64,000 nucleotides of DNA from the IMG/VR virus record IMGVR_UViG_3300005541_000007, positions 1 to 64,000 of that record; one strand, 5' to 3'. Positions 1-8,659 of the stretch are shown here, piece after piece. How positions within the stretch are numbered: the stretch's first letter is position 1; each line of letters starts with the position of its first letter. The notes under the pieces were generated by a model. That model saw nothing but the letters and a program-made list of their open reading frames with translations. It was not told the DNA's origin and did no database searches. Origin of the DNA: a virus. The position numbers and the translations under genes were made by a program.

Positions 1-384
1 TATGCTGATCTTCGCAATGCTGATCTTTGCAATGCTAATCTTCGCTATGCTTATCTTCGCTATGCTGATCTTGGCTATGCTGATCTTCGCAATGCTGATC
101 TTTGCAATGCTGATCTTCGCAATGTAAAACTAGACAATACTGTTATTAATTGGCAAAGCCATGATTTACTTGCTGAAATTCTTAGACAAAACGCTGGAGA
201 TTTTGTTGATCGAAGAATGCTTGCTGGATTAATCCTAGTAAGTCGTGATTGGTGTTGGGATAAATTTATTACATTAGAAATTTCTAAAAAGTCTCAATTG
301 TGGGCGTTCAAAACACTAGCTAAATACATTACTGAAAACGATAATCATCCAGAAATTTTGGATCAATATAGGAGTAAAAATTAA
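1..384 (+). CDS. Pentapeptide-repeat protein (5' truncated by window)
   Basis: Frame 1 reads [41 protein letters not shown] (A[D/N]Lxx repeats), then a non-repeat C-terminal domain; stop TAA at 382-384. Confidence 0.9.
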   Translation, partial: YADLRNADLCNANLRYAYLRYADLGYADLRNADLCNADLRNVKLDNTVINWQSHDLLAEILRQNAGDFVDRRMLAGLILVSRDWCWDKFITLEISKKSQLWAFKTLAKYITENDNHPEILDQYRSKN

Positions 385-512
385 TGTGGTATTTATTAGA
401 AAATTTTATGTATTTGTGTTTAATAGTATATATAATTTGTATACTATTTGCAATGTTTGCTGGAATATATTGGATATTTACGGGCAAAAGCTTTACAATA
501 AGAAGGAAATAA
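384..512 (+). CDS. Small hydrophobic (membrane) protein, 42 aa
   Basis: ATG overlaps upstream TAA (TAATG); [42 protein letters not shown] has one TM segment plus a basic tail. Confidence 0.6.
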   Translation: MWYLLENFMYLCLIVYIICILFAMFAGIYWIFTGKSFTIRRK

Positions 513-513
513 A

Positions 514-840
514 ATGTCTGCTATAGAACAACTACAATATATAACAATTGCTTGGTTAAATGAAATTGAATCTTGTAAAGTAGGAATTAACACGTTTCTA
601 AAAGTATTTCCAACTGGTAAAGCAAAGGTTACTGAAAAGAATGTACTTAAATTTCTAAATTTTCAATCTACTAGTTTTTATACAGATTTAGAAAATAAGA
701 TTTCATTTTTAATATGGTGTCTTTATAATGATATTCCACAAAAAGATTTAGATTTGCTTTCAACAACAAACTCTAATGAGACAAATGCTAAGAATTATAT
801 GTATCTATGGAATACATATGGAGAATATATAGATGAGTAA
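514..840 (+). CDS. Hypothetical protein
   Basis: 108-aa ORF with AAGGA SD upstream. Confidence 0.7.
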   Translation: MSAIEQLQYITIAWLNEIESCKVGINTFLKVFPTGKAKVTEKNVLKFLNFQSTSFYTDLENKISFLIWCLYNDIPQKDLDLLSTTNSNETNAKNYMYLWNTYGEYIDE

Positions 841-1071
841 AATTTATTTAGTTCATGATTGTAAAGCTATGTTAGAAGATCAATATCTATCGTGGCTTAT
901 ATATGTAACAGAAGAATGTTTGAAAGCAGCTAGATACGGGGAATCTTGTTACATTTCTAAAATACTCCAATAGGGTTTATAAACGATATTATTGAAGCTT
1001 TGAAAGATAAAGGATATACAGTAGTATTTCAAGAAGATGAAATCATTATCTCAGGTTGGAAGGAACTCTAG
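833..1071 (+). pseudogene. Small gene split by a 1-nt frameshift (or assembly indel)
   Basis: MSKIYL...SCYISK (stop 971-973) continues in the -1 frame as NTPIGFINDIIEALKDKGYTVVFQEDEIIISGWKEL; the break is confined to the A4 run at 959-962. Confidence 0.5.
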
Positions 1072-1106
1072 TTAATATGTGGTGTGTAAAAATAAAGAAT
1101 TTCCAA

Positions 1107-1701
1107 CTTTTAAACCGGAACGGTTTAAATGCGCTAGAATTCTCTTCGAGAATTCAAGTAGAATATATTAAAGATAACTTTTGAATATGCTTCGCAAGGT
1201 ATTTAACCAATTGGTTAAATAGGGATTAATATGGGATTAATATGGGAAAGTACTCCACTGGATTCCACAAAATTCATTTCAATCCCTCTCATTATTTTTA
1301 TTCTAGTAATCACAAAAAAGTGAATTTTTATACAAAAAAGTGAATTCCATTCTCCTATATACAAAGTATTTTATCTATTACACACCACATTAATCCCAAA
1401 CATCACATCAACAGCACTTAATAAAAATAGTTTTGTTTCCTACCGCATGAAAAATAAACAAAATAAAACGATTTGAACCTAAATAAAAATACAATACTCT
1501 TTACAAAGTTCATCTTTTTTTCGGCTCAATAAACTACTCAGACTCAAACACTAGAAAATGTTTTTATTTAACCATGCAAAATATGTCAAACTAACAAAAA
1601 GTTTGATTCAAACGCTAGAAGTTGAATTAACCTTTTTCATTAGTTTGAACTTGGATTCTCGAAGAGAATCCTAGCGCATTTAAACCATTCTGGTTTAAAA
1701 G
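1107..1701. repeat. 53-bp inverted repeat pair (1107-1159 / 1649-1701), each copy a double hairpin
   Basis: 49/53 identical after reverse complementation; all 4 differences are compensatory within hairpin stems. Confidence 0.9.
1200..1346. repeat. 22-bp perfect palindrome plus short direct repeats
   Basis: TATTTAACCAATTGGTTAAATA at 1200-1221; GGGATTAATAT x2 (1222, 1233); ACAAAAAAGTGAATT x2 (1312, 1332). Confidence 0.85.
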
Positions 1702-2070
1702 AGAAAGTAATTCTTACTAAATGATACTACTACCACCTAGTTCACATTAATTTCGGCTCAGCATTATATAAGAAGATAGCAACCCATCAGTAGTAATTAA
1801 TTTCGGCCCAGCAAATCTTTTTCCACGATCATGTAAAATATGTTATACTTCGTAATGTCGTTTGACATAATCATTTGCTCAAACGTAAAAACGAATTCAA
1901 CTAGCTTGCTACAATGTTGCAATAAAGAACTGATTAACATTTGTCTACTATGTTGGAACAAACAGTGAATTGAACGTTATAGACTCAAGTAGGCAATTGA
2001 GCCCTATAGACTCAAGATTTAGACCCTGGTAAAATTACCTGTTTGTTAGGTTCAAACTTGATTTAGTTTT

Positions 2071-2426
2071 CTCAGGTTGGGAAGATTCGGAATTATCTCG
2101 AATACAATTCTCATTGCATCCGCCCGTGGGAAAAGCGAATATCGAATCAGACAGCAGGGACTGAAGCTAGGACTTCCGATACGACGGAATAAACGGGTAA
2201 CACCAGCGCGAAGTGAGCGCACCTAGTACGAACCGAACCGGCATAGTTAAACTCCTGCTCACCGTGAGCATTTAATCCCAAAGTGCATCTCAGCCCGAAC
2301 GGTTCGCAAGATACGATTTACGACGTTTCAGCCGCACCTTTAGTTATTCAAGGTGGCCGCTAAAGGCCCGTAGTCTACGCTCAACCTGTGGATCATGGGA
2401 AGAGTATTGGTAGAGGCTGAAACGTC
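2071..2426 (+). ncRNA. Candidate structured non-coding RNA (family unknown)
   Basis: GC-rich stretch without a credible ORF and with many nested helices, e.g. CAGGTTG/CAACCTG, AGCAGG/CCTGCT, GCTAGG/CCTAGT, GACGTTTCAGCC/GGCTGAAACGTC; strand inferred from G-U pairs and downstream genes. Confidence 0.5.
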
Positions 2427-2496
2427 ACACTGTCAAACGTAGCGCTCGGAATGACCAATTCTAAGCGTGACTCACAATCCCTTGGAGGGATGAAAC

Positions 2497-2859
2497 ATGA
2501 AGTATCTCGTAATGCTCGAATGTGAGCAGTCAGAAGCAACGCACCGAATGTCATACACCGCGATTGACAATCCTTACCGAAAGTTAATCGCAACCTGTGA
2601 TAGTTGGGATGATGCAGCAACAATCAAAAGGTTGCTAAATCAGACTTGTAACACTAATTATCGTTATCAGTACAACGAGGAAACCAGTTATACGCCTATT
2701 GTCAAAACGTGGAATATCCTGTGCGATAGCGCGGTAATTGCAACTAACCTTGCAAGTGAGGATCATGCTTTAGGACTGTTAAACAGTTTGTTAGCACTAA
2801 TTCAATGCGGGGATGCGATTCAACCGAATCACTTTTACTTACGTGAGGTTAGACAATGA
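2497..2859 (+). CDS. Hypothetical protein
   Basis: ORF with strong SD (GGAGGG). Confidence 0.75.
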   Translation: MKYLVMLECEQSEATHRMSYTAIDNPYRKLIATCDSWDDAATIKRLLNQTCNTNYRYQYNEETSYTPIVKTWNILCDSAVIATNLASEDHALGLLNSLLALIQCGDAIQPNHFYLREVRQ

Positions 2860-3056
2860 ACGAATTAATCAACGTTCCAAAATTCCTACTTGACATGAAC
2901 TTAGGAATGCTCGCTTCACGTGTACCGGCAATTGTAGTATCTGAGATGCTTCTAGCATCGTCAATGCTTTTTGCCGGTCAAGTCACAGATTCAATAGAGG
3001 ATGCTCGCAAACTGTCCCATCAGTGGTTAACGACTGCTAAGGATATGTTGCAATAA
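2856..3056 (+). CDS. Hypothetical protein
   Basis: ATGA overlap with upstream gene; GAGGT SD. Confidence 0.7.
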   Translation: MNELINVPKFLLDMNLGMLASRVPAIVVSEMLLASSMLFAGQVTDSIEDARKLSHQWLTTAKDMLQ

Positions 3057-3066
3057 TGTATCCAAA

Positions 3067-3390
3067 ATGGAAGTCAACTTATCATCAGCGAATCAGGAAG
3101 CAACAACTAGCACTCAAACGAATGCTGGCCGAAACTCAAGATTCGATCAAACGTTGCGATTTGCTTCTATTGAAGCAAAGGTTGGCAAAATGAACGACCT
3201 TTACAATGGCGTTTCTTTAGCCTGGCTCAGGACTCGCCGAGATTCAATTACTAGGACCATTAAAGGACCGTTGCTCCATGAACTTAACAAGGAACTTGGT
3301 GCGATCAAGCTTGAAATTGCCGAGAGGTCTATTCGAGATAACCACGAAGCGTACAAGCGCCGAGCATGGTTATCAGGCAGGTTTATCTAA
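3067..3390 (+). CDS. Hypothetical basic protein
   Basis: 107-aa ORF in the same-strand run. Confidence 0.65.
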   Translation: MEVNLSSANQEATTSTQTNAGRNSRFDQTLRFASIEAKVGKMNDLYNGVSLAWLRTRRDSITRTIKGPLLHELNKELGAIKLEIAERSIRDNHEAYKRRAWLSGRFI

Positions 3391-3490
3391 ACAGGCCCGT
3401 AAAGGGCTCTAATTGACTCACTGTAACGTTTCACACTGAGACGTGACTCACAACACGCGCATAGCGTTATCTATGCAAGGAATAAACAAT

Positions 3491-3736
3491 ATGGCAGGAC
3501 GACCTAAAACTGATCGAAACTTCAAGCGACAGACCGTATATCACGGTCTGGGACTTGTGATTGTGACCGTGCTATCCAATGAGGATATGACGCTCACGAT
3601 CAAAACGGCAAGCGGTGACCAGGAAGTCAGCTACACGCAACCGATTCCCTTCACCACTAGCGCAACTGACGGCTACGTGGAAGCTGTCGGTAGCAAATGG
3701 GCAGCAGAGGCCAGCAAGGGCAAGAAGGCGGCTTAG
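3491..3736 (+). CDS. Hypothetical small protein (MAGRPK..., AT-hook-like N-terminus)
   Basis: AAGGA SD before ATG 3491 favours it over GTG 3443. Confidence 0.65.
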   Translation: MAGRPKTDRNFKRQTVYHGLGLVIVTVLSNEDMTLTIKTASGDQEVSYTQPIPFTTSATDGYVEAVGSKWAAEASKGKKAA

Positions 3737-3752
3737 ACGGGCATCCTCGCAA

Positions 3753-3848
3753 TGCTATGTCTATACTGGATTGTGCGAAACATGATTCGGTCAGGCATAG
3801 CACGCTCTAACGAGTACCTCCGTCGCTATAAAAGGTGATGGAGGTACT
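3753..3848 (+). other. Two long G-U-rich RNA hairpins after the gene island (terminator/processing signal or small RNA)
   Basis: TGCTATGTCT...AGGCATAGCA (3753-3802) and AGTACCTCCGTCGC/GTGATGGAGGTACT (3813-3848). Confidence 0.55.
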
Positions 3849-3958
3849 ACGGTACTGGGTATCGAGTGGATGCGGTCATGAGTACTACCCTCCGGGCCAT
3901 TGTTGTCTCTGTCATATAACTACTATATTTTTCATTTATAAACGAGTGGTTTATATAT

Positions 3959-4882
3959 CTATACCGTATCTTTCAAAAATTTTTCAGAATATTTTTTAGC
4001 AATATCTTCAAGACTCATACCCATCTTAATATATTTAGCTATACTAGCTGAAGAATATCCTATACGTTTATCTCTTCCCCATACACTTAAAGGTTTAGTT
4101 TCTCCAAAACCTGTTATATTATTATTTGTGTATATATTCCATGCTTGTTCTGATTTAGGTATAAATTTGCAATTATCAGGATAATAACCCAAATCATTAT
4201 CTTTCCTTTCTATGGTTAGTCCTTTCTCATATCCATTCTCTAGCGCCCAAGTGATGAAATTATTTATATCTAACCATTCTTCACAAATAGTAATTCCTTT
4301 TGCTGCATAGGCTTTACTTCTATTTGGATCGTTATAATTTGGGTTACATCTGATCTTCATCGAATTTAACTTTGTAGCAAGGTCTGGATATTGCATTCTC
4401 AAGGTTGGTGGTTTTGGTTCTTTAACCGGTACTTCTTTTCTAATACTATCATAATAATCTTCCCGTGTTAAATATATTGCATTATTAGAATCCAAAGGAA
4501 GTGTTATATCTTTTCTAGCTAGAACCTTTTCTTTTTCATATCCATTACTAAATGCCCATTCAGCAAATGTATCCCAATCCTCTAACCATTCCTTACATAC
4601 TTCATAGCTCTTCTTTTTTAAGAGTATCCATATATGATATAGAGATATATTTTCGGGTGCTGTAGAAATGTACTTATATCTATTTTCTAAAAGTCCACAA
4701 CCACAACTTTTAAACTCTCCTTTCATGAGATTGGGTTTATTCACCCATTTAACAGTTCCACAATCACATTCAACTTCTACATATTGTGAATGCGATTTAG
4801 GGTTATTGGGATTAGCATGTCTAACTTCACTCTTTCCAGTAGCTACTAGTTTACCGAATCGTTTTCCTCTGATTTTTGTCAT
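3959..4882 (-). CDS. Free-standing HNH-type homing endonuclease with duplicated domain
   Basis: N-terminal GKRFGKLV..CDCG..SCGC, then two copies of xCxEW..F..WA..NGY; the second copy has LTIERKDNDLGYYPDNC (HNH-like core). Confidence 0.8.
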   Translation of the reverse strand: MTKIRGKRFGKLVATGKSEVRHANPNNPKSHSQYVEVECDCGTVKWVNKPNLMKGEFKSCGCGLLENRYKYISTAPENISLYHIWILLKKKSYEVCKEWLEDWDTFAEWAFSNGYEKEKVLARKDITLPLDSNNAIYLTREDYYDSIRKEVPVKEPKPPTLRMQYPDLATKLNSMKIRCNPNYNDPNRSKAYAAKGITICEEWLDINNFITWALENGYEKGLTIERKDNDLGYYPDNCKFIPKSEQAWNIYTNNNITGFGETKPLSVWGRDKRIGYSSASIAKYIKMGMSLEDIAKKYSEKFLKDTV

Positions 4883-5035
4883 GTTGATAGTATAGCATAT
4901 TTACCACTCGTTTGTATATACTTAGAAGACATGTTCCTAAAATTTTTCAAACATAAAGATTAGGTAAACTAATGTTTTATACCTAGAAAAAATAACTTAA
5001 TCATCATATACTTTAAAAAATTTTCCTAAAAAATT

Positions 5036-5302
5036 TTACACCAATATTAGTCGTTTAGGCCAATCATATAAAATTGCTATAAGGTATCTCGTGAAAGAAC
5101 GAAAGATTATAATGGGCCATAGATTGCTTGATACTACGAGTTGTTTAGTTTTTACTTGTTTAATTGTTCTAGGAATATAATAAAAGAGTGTTGTAACGGT
5201 TTCTATAATAAATCCTACAGTCCAGTAAATAAGCAGTATCTTACCAAGTGGAAGTTGATAGTGAATATTTATTGGAATAGTAAAATTAAACATCTTTATC
5301 AT
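5036..5302 (-). CDS. Hypothetical membrane protein
   Basis: Hydrophobic 88-aa ORF. Confidence 0.5.
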   Translation of the reverse strand: MIKMFNFTIPINIHYQLPLGKILLIYWTVGFIIETVTTLFYYIPRTIKQVKTKQLVVSSNLWPIIIFRSFTRYLIAILYDWPKRLILV

Positions 5303-5386
5303 CTGAATTAAACCATAGGTATATTTCTAATAGGATTAAAATTATGAATATAATTAGCCAGTAGTACATTGGAAAAGTTTACCATT

Positions 5387-5968
5387 TTATTTATGATGAT
5401 CTACCGGTTTAAAAGTTTTCTTTGAAAGAATTTCTTTAACTTGGTTATAAGATATTGGGAAATATTTAGGCGTTACAGCGTCTAATCCTACGTCCATAGA
5501 TAATGCATTAGGATCATCTGGTAGATTACCATGACTGTGCCCATACAAGCTGTAAGAAAAATAATGTTGTTTATTCCACGTTCTCATTGCATAGTGTGAA
5601 AGAGTAATTGGTTGATATTTACCATTAAGAGCATCTTTATCTAATACTTTAATTTCTAGGTAAGAAGAATGAATTGATTTAAATAATGGTTGGATTTTAG
5701 TGTCTTGAAGTTTATCATGGTTTCCTTTAATAAGGATTATTTGCCCATTAAGTTGTTTTCTAATTCTTTCCCATTCATTAAAGTTACCAAAGCAAAAATC
5801 CCCTAGATGAAATACTAGATCGGCGGGGGAGACTTTAGTATTCCAGTTCTTGATTAAGGTTTGATTCATTTCTTCAGTAGTAGCAAACCCCCGAATATTA
5901 GAACAGAATTTATGGCTAAAATGCGTGTCGCTTACTAGATATAGATTTCTATGATTTTCTATGGTCAT
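5387..5968 (-). CDS. Calcineurin-like metallophosphoesterase
   Basis: SDTH, HLGDF, GNHD, LSHY and GHSH motifs. Confidence 0.92.
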   Translation of the reverse strand: MTIENHRNLYLVSDTHFSHKFCSNIRGFATTEEMNQTLIKNWNTKVSPADLVFHLGDFCFGNFNEWERIRKQLNGQIILIKGNHDKLQDTKIQPLFKSIHSSYLEIKVLDKDALNGKYQPITLSHYAMRTWNKQHYFSYSLYGHSHGNLPDDPNALSMDVGLDAVTPKYFPISYNQVKEILSKKTFKPVDHHK

Positions 5969-5987
5969 AAATTTCCCCTGTAGCTGT

Positions 5988-6016
5988 AGTATACCTTAGT
6001 AGTAATTTTTTGTCAA
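5988..6016 (-). promoter_or_regulatory. Sigma70-type promoter
   Basis: TTGACA-17-TATACT on the minus strand upstream of 5968. Confidence 0.75.
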
Positions 6017-6118
6017 GTCTGCCCGGTGGGACGTGATTTATTGATATTTACGTCCTACAGGTGATTTACTAGAAATATCATATTTACCCCCGTGGTAAAT
6101 ATGGGTAAACTTGTAAAT

Positions 6119-7885
6119 ATGAGTTACGGCTGGATTAAACAAAAAGATGATTTTAGAGATTTTAAATATAGTGCTGAAAAGCCGGTTGATTTAACTAAGC
6201 CTGTTGATTTAACTTCTAGTATGCCACCTGTATGGGATCAAGGAGTTTATAACGATTGTGTTGCTCATGGTGTGGGTTGTGCTTTATGGGTTGCTTTAAA
6301 AGATGAAAATAAGATTTTTAACATGCCTAGCAGAATGTTTATTTATTATCAGGCAAGGAAATTGGAAAATTGTTTAAACCAGGATGCGGGTTGTGAAATT
6401 AGAGACGCTATTAAATCGGTAGTTAGTTTAGGTTGTCCCGAAGAAAAGGATTGGGATTATAGTATTGGGCATTTAGATATGGATGCTCCTACTAGTGTTT
6501 ACGCTGAAGCTAGTTTACATAAGGTATTGGTTTATAGAGCGGTAGCACAATCATTGAATGATATTGTTACTGCTTTAACTGAAGGATTTCCTGTTGTGTT
6601 TGGGTTTTTAGTTGATCCGTATTTTGAAACAAGTGAAATGGCAACTGAAGGACTTTTGAAGTATCCAGTAAACGCTTACAACACTAGATGGTGCGGAGGG
6701 CATTGTCTAGGTGGAAATACAAAAATTTCATTACTTGATGGTAGAGAATTATCTATATTAAATATTATAGATGAATTTAATGATAAAGAATTTTGGGTTT
6801 ATAGTTGTGATAATAAAGGAAATATAGTCCCTGGAAGGGCACATTCTGCACAAAAAATGGGAACTAAACAAGTATTAAAAATAACTTTAGATAATGAAGA
6901 AATTATTGAATGTACAGAAGAACATAGGTTTCTTTTGCGGGACGGTACATATGTGGAAGCAAAATTTTTAAAAGAAAACGATAGTTTAATGCCACTATAT
7001 AGAAAAAAATCTACTAGAAAACAAATGACGGGTTATGATATGTGTCTTAATAATAGAACTAATTCTTATTCTTACACACATAGAATAGTTGCTAAAGATA
7101 TTAATGGAACTTTGCATGGTTTTGTTGTACATCATAAAGATTTTAATAAACTTAATAATAATCCTAATAATTTACAACTCATGACGTCTGAGGATCATAT
7201 TAAATTACATTATACAGAAGTATGTAAATTAATAGAATATGTTAAAAGTGAAAAAGGTAGAGCAACGAGTAAGAAAAATATGGAAACCTTATGGGCTGAT
7301 CCCGTATGGGCAGAAAAAATGCTAGAACAATTAAAAATTAATACAACAAAAGGTGCAGATAAATTACGAGAAAAATACGCTAATGGGGAAGTTCAAGGAT
7401 TTTTAGCATTGGATGCAAATTTATTATTTGAAATACGAAGTAAAAATGGAAAGAAAAATTGTGTATCTATGCATACACCAGAAGTAATTGCTAAACGAAC
7501 CGAAACAACAAAAAATAAATTTATAGAAGATGAAGAGTATCGTGAAAAGAAACGAGCAATAGCTATTGCTAATATACAAAAATATAATGAAAAGAAAAAA
7601 CTAGAAAAACAATATAACCATAAGATTCAAAAAATTGAACTCGGAGATATACAAGATGTATATGATATTACTGTAGATAAACATCATAATTTTGCTTTAA
7701 CTGCGGGTGTATTTGTACATAATTGCGTAAATATTGTGGGTTATAATCCTGTGGACAGTACATTTATTTGTAGAAATAGTTGGGGAGATAAATGGGGATT
7801 AAATGGTTATTATCGGCAAAGCATTAATTATATACTAGACCCAAAAATTTCATCAGATTTTTGGGTAATTGAGTCTGTAAATTAA
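6119..7885 (+). CDS. Papain-like (C1A) cysteine peptidase interrupted by an intein
   Basis: VDL..PVWDQG..DC (oxyanion Gln and catalytic Cys), GGH|..|CVNIVGY and RNSWG..WG motifs; start placed at ATG 6119 from a TAAACT box 7 nt upstream. Confidence 0.9.
   Translation: MSYGWIKQKDDFRDFKYSAEKPVDLTKPVDLTSSMPPVWDQGVYNDCVAHGVGCALWVALKDENKIFNMPSRMFIYYQARKLENCLNQDAGCEIRDAIKSVVSLGCPEEKDWDYSIGHLDMDAPTSVYAEASLHKVLVYRAVAQSLNDIVTALTEGFPVVFGFLVDPYFETSEMATEGLLKYPVNAYNTRWCGGHCLGGNTKISLLDGRELSILNIIDEFNDKEFWVYSCDNKGNIVPGRAHSAQKMGTKQVLKITLDNEEIIECTEEHRFLLRDGTYVEAKFLKENDSLMPLYRKKSTRKQMTGYDMCLNNRTNSYSYTHRIVAKDINGTLHGFVVHHKDFNKLNNNPNNLQLMTSEDHIKLHYTEVCKLIEYVKSEKGRATSKKNMETLWADPVWAEKMLEQLKINTTKGADKLREKYANGEVQGFLALDANLLFEIRSKNGKKNCVSMHTPEVIAKRTETTKNKFIEDEEYREKKRAIAIANIQKYNEKKKLEKQYNHKIQKIELGDIQDVYDITVDKHHNFALTAGVFVHNCVNIVGYNPVDSTFICRNSWGDKWGLNGYYRQSINYILDPKISSDFWVIESVN
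6704..7723 (+). mobile_element. Intein (340 aa) with HNH homing endonuclease
   Basis: Starts CLGGNTKISLLDG; block B CTEEHRF; ends VYDITVDKHHNFAL..VFVHN followed by +1 Cys; internal HRIVA..VVHHKDFNKLNN..NL..H HNH motif. Confidence 0.93.
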
Positions 7886-8259
7886 TTACTATTTCTGGTA
7901 TTATTACACATACATGACCAACACATTTCCCCAGTACGATGGGCACAACACGCTTTGTGTTTACAAACATAAGTTACATTAGGTTCTGTAGATACCGGAG
8001 TTGACAATATCCAAGGACCATAAGAATGCGTTTCATGCGGATATGGTGGACCGGTAGGTAGTTTAGATACTTCAAACTTTACAATCTTACTGCGTTCCTT
8101 AATGGCTTTTAACATATTATCAGCAAATTTAATAGATTGTTCATATGCATCTGAACACTTATCAACAAGTGCTAAAAAAGACATATCAAAATACTTCTGC
8201 CAAATTTCAGCATGTTCATCAGTATCGAATACGGTAGTAGTTTGTGTTTCTTTATTCAT
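7882..8259 (-). CDS. Hypothetical protein with C-terminal Cys/His cluster
   Basis: ORF in a tightly packed minus-strand operon. Confidence 0.6.
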   Translation of the reverse strand: MNKETQTTTVFDTDEHAEIWQKYFDMSFLALVDKCSDAYEQSIKFADNMLKAIKERSKIVKFEVSKLPTGPPYPHETHSYGPWILSTPVSTEPNVTYVCKHKACCAHRTGEMCWSCMCNNTRNSN

Positions 8260-8659
8260 TTATTTTTCCTCTAAGATATGTAGCTATTTGTTTCCATGTA
8301 GGAATAAACATTAGATGAAAACAAGTATTTCCATCAGTACAGTAATTAGTTGTACTTCCATTTGGAAGTGTAGTGAAGGTTGTTAAATTTTTGTAAGATT
8401 TACCACAGCAATCACAACATACTCCTATTCCCTGCATACAATGTGCTATACCGTTCCAGCCTAATTCTCTAGCACAAGTATGACAAAGAAATTCTGGTTC
8501 CTGTAGACGGTTTAATACTTCTTTGAATAATTCAATTTCATGTGTAAAGTAGTCAGTATCACTATTCTCATAATATCTTAATTGACTTTTAATCTCAATA
8601 ATGAGTTCATTCATCGAATACTCTGAGTATTCTTTTTCATTATTATTCATTTGCTTCAA
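8252..8659 (-). CDS. Hypothetical Zn-finger-like protein
   Basis: CHTC and CDCC motifs; overlaps both neighbours. Confidence 0.6.
   Translation of the reverse strand: MKQMNNNEKEYSEYSMNELIIEIKSQLRYYENSDTDYFTHEIELFKEVLNRLQEPEFLCHTCARELGWNGIAHCMQGIGVCCDCCGKSYKNLTTFTTLPNGSTTNYCTDGNTCFHLMFIPTWKQIATYLRGKINE

Noticed and set aside
1-123. 15-bp tandem repeats resembling a repeat array
   Set aside because: They are the codons of a pentapeptide-repeat protein; there are no unique spacers
1200-1221. Protelomerase (telRL-like) site
   Set aside because: Only the 22-bp core is palindromic, the flanks are not symmetric, and no protelomerase gene is visible in the window
2150-2380. Group I intron reading (GGGACTG / TAGTCT as P7)
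   Set aside because: Could not identify convincing P3/P4/P6 elements or interrupted exons; kept only as an unassigned structured RNA
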